Shown here piece after piece: positions 57,217 to 64,000 of a DNA stretch of 64,000 nt. The notes beneath the pieces are model-generated. The model was not told where the DNA came from. It was given only the letters and a program-made list of their open reading frames with translations, and did not search any database. This DNA comes from an uncultured Eubacteriales bacterium (GTDB lineage Bacteria; Bacillota; Clostridia; Oscillospirales; CAG-272): contig CAJKPX010000005.1 in NCBI GenBank assembly GCA_905201895.1, positions 13,504 through 77,503 on the forward strand, given 5' to 3'. Both the position numbers and the translations under genes were made by a program. Position 1 is the first letter of the stretch, and the number at the start of each line of letters is the position of its first letter.

Positions 57217-57681
57217 TCATGCTTTTTTTCTTCCCTTTTTTTGTAATGCGTCAAAAATTTTGTGGTAAACGAGCTGGTTCGGATAATATCGGTAGTCAAC
57301 GAACACCTCAATGCCGCGCCTTGCAAAATGCTGCAAAATCGCGGCGGCACACGCCGCACTGCGACTCTGCCCGTAGTCACATTGACAAATAATGTCCAGG
57401 TGGTCGGCGCGCGCACGGTAGATGAATTCTGCAAGAGCATCTACCTCGGCAAGGTAAGGGTTCTCCGTGCTATATCCGAAATCGGCAAGCAATTCCCTGT
57501 CGATATCGGGAATGCCAACGTAAAAGACACGGGCGTCGGTTTTGGAAAAATCCACGCGACGCTCCTCGCAATCCCGCAAGCCGCGCGGCGTGTAAAAGCT
57601 GATGACCGCCACACGCGCGTCCAAGCCCTGCCGTTGCATGCGCTCCAGAATGGCATTGCGCGAATAAATCTCAAGCTTCAA
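57217..57681 (-). CDS. Predicted phosphatase-like protein with a CX5R(S) signature
   Basis: C-D-Y-G-Q-S-R-S fits C-X5-R-S/T. The start is TTG, 6 nt after GAGGAA. Confidence 0.5.
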   Translation of the reverse strand: MKLEIYSRNAILERMQRQGLDARVAVISFYTPRGLRDCEERRVDFSKTDARVFYVGIPDIDRELLADFGYSTENPYLAEVDALAEFIYRARADHLDIICQCDYGQSRSAACAAAILQHFARRGIEVFVDYRYYPNQLVYHKIFDALQKKGRKKA

Positions 57682-57754
57682 ATTTCATTCCTCGTTTCAA
57701 AAATTCGTTACGGTGAGGGGGTCGCCGACCCGCGGACCCCCTCGGTGCAATGGA

Positions 57755-59014
57755 TCACCCCACCTCAACGGGCGTGAGCGTGCAGCTCTCGCGGATACGC
57801 CTCATATCCGAATAAAGAAGTGTCCCCTTCTTCAACAACTCGCTTGCTACGCGGTCAAGGAAGGTGCGGTTCGATGCAATGATCTCCTTCGCCTTAAAGA
57901 GATAGCGCTCCAGCTCGGCGAAGATCACCTGCTCACGAGAGGACAGGAGCGTGTCCGAATCCTTATCGTGCAGTGCATTCAGATACGAAAGCCCCAGGCT
58001 TCCAACGCTTCCAATGCTCTGGTAGAGGTGCTCACACGCATCATCCAGGTCAGAGCCGGTGCCGCTTGCGATCCGACCGTACTGCATTTCGCTCGCCGCC
58101 TTACCTCCCAGCGCAACCAGAATTTCGTAGGCACGGCGCTCGGGCTCAACGCAACGAAGCATGAAGCCGCCCAGCTTGGAGGAGGTTGAAGAAAGAGAAA
58201 CCATTCCAACGTAGCCCGGGGTAAGCACCTCGGCAATCACCGCGTGCCCTGCCTCGTGATAGGCAATCTCTGCCTTTTTTCCATCGCTGAGATTGACGTG
58301 ATTGTTGTTCACACCGTAAACGTCGGTGAGGGTTGCCTTGACAAACTGTGCCATTCCGATCGCATCGAGGTTCAGAAAACCCGCCTCGATGGCAGCCTCG
58401 TTGATCACACGCTCCAGCGTTGCGCAGGATTTGCCCGAGAGCATCTTTGCAATGTCCTCGTAATTGACGTCCTCCGCCGTTCTGACACCGCTCATATAAT
58501 GCGTGATGATCTTAACTGCCTCCTCTCCCCGCGGGGATTCTACACGAATCCACTTATCAAAACGACCTGCACGCAAAAGCGAATCGGGAATATTGCGGGT
58601 GCTGTTTGCGGTTGCGATGACAAACACGTCCTTTGACGCAACCTTGTCGATGCAACCCTGCACCACGGCAAATTCCTCGCCGTTGTGCTCCTCCATCGAA
58701 AATTTATCGAGATCGTCGAGCAGAAGGATCGACGGCGCGTGCTTTGCAGCCTCCTCAAAGGTTGCCTCGATGTATTCGATAAAGGCACTGCGCTCCATGG
58801 TGTGTCGGATCACCTTGGCAGGCACGCCAACCTCCTCGATCAATGCCGTTGCCAAAAGCGTTTTTCCAACCCCGGGAGACCCGAGCAGAAGCACGCCCTT
58901 GGGCATCTTTGCGCCCAACGCCCGATATTTGGAAAAATTCCTGATCATGTCGGAAACCTGAAAAAGCTCGCGCTTCACGTCCTCGTATCCGATAATCCTG
59001 TCAAATGCACTCAT
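57755..59014 (-). CDS. Cytosolic FtsH-like AAA+ ATPase fused to an M41-type HEAGH peptidase domain (no TM segments)
   Basis: ATG at 59014 follows GGAGAG. Motifs: Walker A GSPGVGKT, Walker B LLLDDLD (DD rather than DE), SRH with RAGRFD, and HEAGHAV. No hydrophobic N-terminus. Confidence 0.8.
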   Translation of the reverse strand: MSAFDRIIGYEDVKRELFQVSDMIRNFSKYRALGAKMPKGVLLLGSPGVGKTLLATALIEEVGVPAKVIRHTMERSAFIEYIEATFEEAAKHAPSILLLDDLDKFSMEEHNGEEFAVVQGCIDKVASKDVFVIATANSTRNIPDSLLRAGRFDKWIRVESPRGEEAVKIITHYMSGVRTAEDVNYEDIAKMLSGKSCATLERVINEAAIEAGFLNLDAIGMAQFVKATLTDVYGVNNNHVNLSDGKKAEIAYHEAGHAVIAEVLTPGYVGMVSLSSTSSKLGGFMLRCVEPERRAYEILVALGGKAASEMQYGRIASGTGSDLDDACEHLYQSIGSVGSLGLSYLNALHDKDSDTLLSSREQVIFAELERYLFKAKEIIASNRTFLDRVASELLKKGTLLYSDMRRIRESCTLTPVEVG

Positions 59015-59096
59015 TCTTTTTCTCTCCTTTTTCTTTTTTCGTTCGGTGCCGTGGCTTGATTTTATCACCAACGGTGGGTAAAAAAACGGACACACC

Positions 59097-59744
59097 TCAA
59101 ACGGGCAGCCTGACGGTTTGCACGCCCTTGTGCCGAAGCTTATCCGTTGGATAGCTCGCACCGACCGATAGAAAAACCTGCCTGCCAAGCGACGCAAGCC
59201 GATCCAGCCACGGGGAGATGTCAACCGCCTCGTCGATGCGGTCAAAAAGATCAAACAAAAAGATCGGGCGATCGTCATTTTGTATGCGATCAGCGCAAAC
59301 GTGGTCGAGAAAATCCGCAAGACATGCAACGTGTAAGTCGCTTTCGCTCAAAAGAGCATCGCTTGTGCGCCCCTTGTGCTCTGCCGACAAGAGATTTTGT
59401 CCCCCGACGTTGCGCCGCCGCAACCGACGCTGACACTCGATCGTGTCGGCGATCAAGCTGATCCGATCGAGTCCCTCGGCGCTCACTGTGACATAGAAGC
59501 TCTGATCATCGCAAAGCACGCCGTTCCATACGAAGCGCCGTCCGTCGAGCATCAGATCGGCGGAGCAGGAAAAGGTCTGCTTTTTTTCAGGGGCAATCGG
59601 ATCGCACGATTCCCCCGAGATCAACTCGCGCAAAAGCTGCAGATAGACCGACGAGCCACAAACAGCACAGATCGGCGTATCCTCTGCAAAAACCGTTTCG
59701 GGAAACAAATGCGACGTGGTGGAAAAGCGCTGAACTCTCATCAT
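59097..59744 (-). CDS. 215-aa protein resembling a degenerate ABC/RecF-like ATPase fold
   Basis: GGAGAA RBS. P-loop-like AVCGSSVY lacks the lysine. LSESD sits at the signature position. A Walker-B-like PIFLFDLFD is followed by QVFLSV. Confidence 0.5.
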   Translation of the reverse strand: MMRVQRFSTTSHLFPETVFAEDTPICAVCGSSVYLQLLRELISGESCDPIAPEKKQTFSCSADLMLDGRRFVWNGVLCDDQSFYVTVSAEGLDRISLIADTIECQRRLRRRNVGGQNLLSAEHKGRTSDALLSESDLHVACLADFLDHVCADRIQNDDRPIFLFDLFDRIDEAVDISPWLDRLASLGRQVFLSVGASYPTDKLRHKGVQTVRLPV

Positions 59745-59909
59745 GATTATTCTCCTTCTGAATTAAAATGTAAATAGAAACTAAAAAAAGAACGTTTTTG
59801 AGGTCGGGTGATGAAAGTATATCACAATCCGTATACCAAAAATGTCACACATACACCACCTTGAAATGCTTTTAGGAGAATAAAATTGCGAAAGGAATCT
59901 GTTTTTCAC

Positions 59910-59938
59910 TTGACATCCGCAAAAAAAGACGCTATAAT
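59910..59938 (+). promoter_or_regulatory. Promoter of the SGNH hydrolase gene
   Basis: TTGACA, 17-nt spacer, TATAAT; an exact consensus. Confidence 0.65.
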
Positions 59939-59993
59939 GAGTTTGTCGCACATTGAGTTGAACTCACGATGACCGAAAAAAGGAGGTAGGACT

Positions 59994-60641
59994 ATGTTTC
60001 ACGGAAAACGGCTTTCCATTCTCGGAGACAGCATTTCAACTTACACGGGCATATCCAACGATCCAAACGTCAATTCTACGCTCTACGGTCATCCCTGCTT
60101 TTACAGAAAGCCCTTTCCGATCGAGCGTACCTATTGGGGGCGCCTGATGGCGTCGCTCGGACTGGTGCTTTGCGTCAACAACTCGTGGTCGGGCGGCAAT
60201 CTGAGCGGACGGGAGAATTCGAGTGCAGGCGTTAATCGCGCCCACCACCTCTCAACCGACCAAGGCGAGACTCCCGATTTTATCATCGTGTTCATGGGAA
60301 TCAATGATCTTGGGCGCAATGTGCCCGTTGAGACATTTTCCGCCGATTACGAAAGAGTGCTTGCAATGATTGCCAACCGCTATCCCGACGCATGGGTTTG
60401 CTGCGTCACTCTCCCCGATCGCAGCCCTTCGATGAAGAATGCGACCGAGCGCTTCAATCGGGCGATCGGAGATGCCGTTGCAGCTACGGGGGAGCACTTC
60501 TTTATTGCCGATCTCTTTCACAGTTGCCTCAACAACGATTGCTACTACGACAACACCGTGGACGGTCTGCACCCGGATGAGGACGGCATGCGGATGATTG
60601 CAGAGGTGATCGAGGGGGCATTCAGAAAAAAATTCGCATGA
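59994..60641 (+). CDS. SGNH/GDSL hydrolase family protein
   Basis: LSILGDSIS block I, GINDL block III and a DGLHPD block V. AAGGAGG RBS. Confidence 0.85.
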   Translation: MFHGKRLSILGDSISTYTGISNDPNVNSTLYGHPCFYRKPFPIERTYWGRLMASLGLVLCVNNSWSGGNLSGRENSSAGVNRAHHLSTDQGETPDFIIVFMGINDLGRNVPVETFSADYERVLAMIANRYPDAWVCCVTLPDRSPSMKNATERFNRAIGDAVAATGEHFFIADLFHSCLNNDCYYDNTVDGLHPDEDGMRMIAEVIEGAFRKKFA

Positions 60642-60751
60642 AGCCAAGTCATACAAAAAAATAAAAAAAACGGTTATCCCCTTCCCTGTGCGGAACGGAG
60701 CAACCGTTTTCTTTTTTATTTCATGTGACGGCAAAAAACCAACGGGACTTT

Positions 60752-61360
60752 TTATTTTTTCGACAAAACCTCGTCCAAATAATGACCAAGCGCTGCAACG
60801 TTGCCGTCAAAAAGATAGCCCGCGATGCCTGCGCTGCGTGCACCCTCGATATTCTCGGCGCGGTCATCCACAAAAAGCGTTTCCTCCGGAAGAATCCCGC
60901 AGTCGGTGCAAAGGTACTCGTAGATACCACGGTTTGGCTTAACCCTGCCGCAGATTGCAGAGAAAACGCAGCGATCGACGAGCGAAAGAATTGGAATCTC
61001 GCTTGCATGGTCGGCAAAATAGCGCGATATATTGGAGAGCAAAAACACGGAAACGCCATAACGCTCCTTGATATGCAAAATCAACTCGCGCATTCCTGCA
61101 ATCTCGGGAATATTGTAAATCCAATTGAAATAGACCTCGCGCGCGGTCTGCCAAAGCCGATCGGGTATCCGCTCGCAAACAGCCTCCATAACCTCCTCGT
61201 CGGTGATTGTTCCCGCATCGAGGCGATCCCAATAAAGGCGATCGAACACCACCTGCTCAAGCAGCGCCGCATCGTCGTGGTCTGATACGTAGCGTCCCAC
61301 CATATATGCAGGCTCAAAGTGCACCAGCACCTGCCCGAAATCAAAAACCACGTTCTTCAC
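60752..61360 (-). CDS. HAD family hydrolase
   Basis: VVFDFGQVL motif I, LLSN motif II and FVDD motif IV. GTG at 61360 lies 6 nt after GGAGGTG. Confidence 0.8.
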   Translation of the reverse strand: MKNVVFDFGQVLVHFEPAYMVGRYVSDHDDAALLEQVVFDRLYWDRLDAGTITDEEVMEAVCERIPDRLWQTAREVYFNWIYNIPEIAGMRELILHIKERYGVSVFLLSNISRYFADHASEIPILSLVDRCVFSAICGRVKPNRGIYEYLCTDCGILPEETLFVDDRAENIEGARSAGIAGYLFDGNVAALGHYLDEVLSKK

Positions 61361-61446
61361 AATTTCCACCTCCGATAAGATGCTTTCATACCACGTTCTT
61401 TATTATACACGCTTCGCCGACAAAAGTCAACCGAAAAGCCAAAAAA

Positions 61447-61485
61447 GGGGCTGTTTCAATCTGCAATTGAAACAGCCCCTCGATG
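61447..61485 (-). terminator. Terminator of the CNNM gene pair
   Basis: ggggctgtttcaat-tgca-gattgaaacagcccc followed by a T6 run. Confidence 0.7.
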
Positions 61486-61553
61486 GGCTTGAGCGCTTTT
61501 GTGAAGCGGTTGGAGACTTCTCCCACCATCCCTCGGCGCCCGAATACATCGCT

Positions 61554-62867
61554 TTATTCCTTTTCAGCGTTGGCATCCTGCACTGCTTCTACCAGAATGG
61601 TGAGCTTCGTTACGCGCTCCTCATCCATCTGTGCAACGATAACGAACAGATTTTCATATTGGAAGCTGTCACCAACGTGCGGATCCGCCTCCAGCATTTC
61701 GATCGCCCATCCACCCACGGTGGAATATTCGCAGGTGAAGCCCTCGGGCTTCATGAAATCGACCTCCTCAAAGAAATCGTCGAGGTTCATATCGCCCAAC
61801 ACCTCGTAGGTGTTTTCACCCGTAGCAAGACACTCGGTAATAATCACGTCGGTATCGTCCCAAATGTCGCCAACCAGCTCCTCCAGGATATCCTCCATCG
61901 TGACGATCCCCAGCGTTCCGCCGTATTCGTCGATCACGATTGCAAGGTGCATCTTTGCCTCTCTGAGCTTGGCAAGTGCTGCGGGAAGCTTCATCGTTTT
62001 ATGTAGCTTGCAGGGCTTGAGAAGCATGGAGTGGATGTCCGGGCTTGCATCGTCCAACGTTGCTTTATAATAACGCGTCAGAGAGAGAATTCCAACGATA
62101 TTGTCGATGCTGTCCTCATAAACGGGAAGACGCGAAAACTGCGTCATATCGCCAAGCAGCGCCATGATCTTCTCGGGCTCATCGTCCAAGTCGATCGCGG
62201 TCACGTCGATACGGGGCGTCATGATCTTTTCAATGGTGGTGTCACGGAAATCCAGCGTGGATTGCAACAGTTCACCCTGTCCCTCGTTGATCACGCCCTC
62301 CTCCTCAACGGTGTCGATGATCGAAACCAGCTCCTCCTCGGTTACGGTTGGCTCATCGTCCTTTCGGTCACTTCCCCAAATCTTGCGCAGCAAGAACAGA
62401 ATTGCCATGACAATGAAAACAAAGGGACTCAGGATCATCGTCAGAACTCGGGTGGGGATCGCAATAACACGAACCACCGTGTCGGCGTTTTGCTTGGACA
62501 GAATTTTGGGCACGATCTCTCCAAAGATCAGGATTACCACTGTGATCAGGATCGTTGCAATCGTGGAAGCAAGCGCCACGTCATTTTGAAACAAATTCAT
62601 CACGATCAGGGTCGTGCAGGTGGAAACGGCGATATTAGCAAGGTTGTTGCCGATCAGAATGGCGGAAAGCGACGTTGTGAATTTATCGCAAATCCGATAT
62701 GCAATTCTCGCCGTGCAGCTTCCCTCCTCGGATGCCTTCCGCAAACGCATCTTGTTTGCGGTGTTGAACGCAATCTCGGAGGCAGAAAAATAGGCAGAAA
62801 GACAGATCATAACAAAAATGACCACGTATGCCCACCACATGTTTGAAAAATGCTCCGCGAAGGTCAT
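61554..62867 (-). CDS. CNNM/HlyC-CorC family protein (DUF21-CBS pair-CorC_HlyC)
   Basis: DUF21 TM region (YFSASEIAF), a CBS pair and a C-terminal transporter-associated domain. It overlaps the upstream paralog by 4 nt. Confidence 0.85.
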   Translation of the reverse strand: MTFAEHFSNMWWAYVVIFVMICLSAYFSASEIAFNTANKMRLRKASEEGSCTARIAYRICDKFTTSLSAILIGNNLANIAVSTCTTLIVMNLFQNDVALASTIATILITVVILIFGEIVPKILSKQNADTVVRVIAIPTRVLTMILSPFVFIVMAILFLLRKIWGSDRKDDEPTVTEEELVSIIDTVEEEGVINEGQGELLQSTLDFRDTTIEKIMTPRIDVTAIDLDDEPEKIMALLGDMTQFSRLPVYEDSIDNIVGILSLTRYYKATLDDASPDIHSMLLKPCKLHKTMKLPAALAKLREAKMHLAIVIDEYGGTLGIVTMEDILEELVGDIWDDTDVIITECLATGENTYEVLGDMNLDDFFEEVDFMKPEGFTCEYSTVGGWAIEMLEADPHVGDSFQYENLFVIVAQMDEERVTKLTILVEAVQDANAEKE

Positions 62868-64000
62868 ACCGTCACCTCCTCACCGAGCTCCTCCGCCTTC
62901 ATGGCGGCAAGATCCTCCTCGTCGAGAATGTGAACGAGCACCTCGGTCAGGCGTCCACCCTCAACGGTTTTTGCAGTATAGCTGACATTCTCATAAAGGA
63001 AGGACTCGTTTTCCACCGGCAAATGCCCCAGCGTTTCCAAAATAAAGGAAAGCATCGGCTTCGAGGCAATTTTCTTAGGAGCGCGCCCAAGACTCATGCG
63101 CTCGTAGGCGGTTGCCATCAGCATGTGCGTGTTTACCAGATATTTGTTTCCGCCCAGGGTTTGGAAGTTCTGGTCAACCACATCCTCCTCATCGAAGATT
63201 TCGCCAACCAGCTCCTCCAGAATATCCTCAAGGGTCACAAGTCCGACAACTTTCTTGTTATCGTCGAGAACCATTGCAACCTGCAGCTTGTGCTGTCTCA
63301 TATCGGTGAGAAGGTCCTCGATTTTCGCGTTCTTACGCACAAGATACGGAGGCTTCATCACACTTCGCAAACGAAGATTGGGATTGCGCTTATGCTCAAT
63401 CAGATAGGTGCGCGTGCGCAAAATGCCGACCACGCGTTCGGAATTTTCTGCCTTAACGGGCAGACGTGAGTAGTTCGTATTCCGGATCACCTCCAGAATT
63501 TCGGCGGGGGTGGCGTTTACGCGGAGAAAGGCAATATCCTTCTCCATCGTCATAATATCGCCAACGGTTGTTCTCGCAAATTCCAGTGCAGACTTGAGCA
63601 TGTCTCCCTGCTCCTCGTCCACAATGCCCTCCTCCTCTGCCGTTTCGATAATCTGCGTGAGCTCATCCTCGGTAATCGAGGGCTCAACCTCTTTCTTCTT
63701 AAAGATTTTCGATGCAAAATCGGAAATCAGCATAAAGAAGGCAGAAAACGGCTTGAGCAGCTTCATAAGCAATCGAAGGGAGCCTTGAAAGAACAGAGAC
63801 ACCGATTCGCTGCGATCGTTGGCAAAGCTCTTGGGAATCATCTCGCTGAACAGAAAAATGATCACCGTGCTCATCACGGAGCAGATCATGGAAAACGCAA
63901 ACGAATCCAAAAAAGCTTCGGTTTTACCAAATCTTTCACGAAAAATATCCGTTGCAAGAATGGTAAACACAGCAGCTCCCGCAATTTTGGTTACGTTGTT
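62864..64000 (-). CDS. CNNM/HlyC-CorC family protein, paralog (5' end outside window)
   Basis: Same architecture as 61554-62867. The reading frame is open to the window edge. Confidence 0.8.
   Translation of the reverse strand, partial: NNVTKIAGAAVFTILATDIFRERFGKTEAFLDSFAFSMICSVMSTVIIFLFSEMIPKSFANDRSESVSLFFQGSLRLLMKLLKPFSAFFMLISDFASKIFKKKEVEPSITEDELTQIIETAEEEGIVDEEQGDMLKSALEFARTTVGDIMTMEKDIAFLRVNATPAEILEVIRNTNYSRLPVKAENSERVVGILRTRTYLIEHKRNPNLRLRSVMKPPYLVRKNAKIEDLLTDMRQHKLQVAMVLDDNKKVVGLVTLEDILEELVGEIFDEEDVVDQNFQTLGGNKYLVNTHMLMATAYERMSLGRAPKKIASKPMLSFILETLGHLPVENESFLYENVSYTAKTVEGGRLTEVLVHILDEEDLAAMKAEELGEEVTV

Noticed and set aside
1-64000. CRISPR arrays, tRNA/rRNA genes, integrases, transposases and prophage blocks.
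   Set aside because: I noticed no regularly spaced direct repeats or cloverleaf-like sequences in the intergenic regions when reading by eye, and no ORF translation has recombinase or transposase motifs. A tRNAscan/Infernal run would be needed for certainty.

Overview
This is a roughly 55-58% GC chromosomal segment. Gene order and protein motifs look like a high-GC Clostridia genome (Oscillospiraceae/Ruminococcaceae-like), and no sporulation genes follow ftsZ; that taxonomic guess is inference only. All calls come from reading the ORF translations and the raw sequence by eye, with no database searches. Most of the window is core housekeeping DNA on the minus strand:
- trmH-like, dprA, topA, trmFO
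- the infC-rpmI-rplT operon with an ATT start and a leader attenuator
- a dcw cluster: mraZ-rsmH-ftsL-like-pbp-murE-murF-mraY-ftsW-murG-ftsQ-ftsZ
- an MBOAT/DHHW/DUF4097 surface-acylation module, and feoAB
- a complete argGHCJBDF operon with an ARG box
- a YolD plus Y-family polymerase pair
- a T-box-controlled orphan trpB
- a split metF/metH cluster

I saw no rRNA, tRNA, CRISPR array, integrase or transposase gene.

Items worth a second look, in rough order of interest:
1. A 279-bp cassette (2336-2614) bounded by perfect 24-bp inverted repeats and TA dinucleotides sits on the trmFO stop codon. It folds as a three-way junction, and deleting it restores a longer in-frame ORF. It looks MITE-like; an inverton or a structured RNA are alternatives.
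2. A 1254-aa HRDC-DUF4011-SF1 helicase-DUF559 nuclease fusion is transcribed divergently from mraZ, across a phased T-tract region.
3. A minus-strand gene cluster (57217-59744) encodes a degenerate ABC-like ATPase, a TM-less FtsH-like AAA/M41 protease and a CX5R phosphatase-like protein.
4. A low-GC islet of about 2.3 kb carries two paralogous XRE-HTH/TPR-like regulators and a translationally coupled small protein.
5. A strong orphan promoter drives a structured transcript in a 420-bp gene-free gap (about 10.2-10.36 kb).
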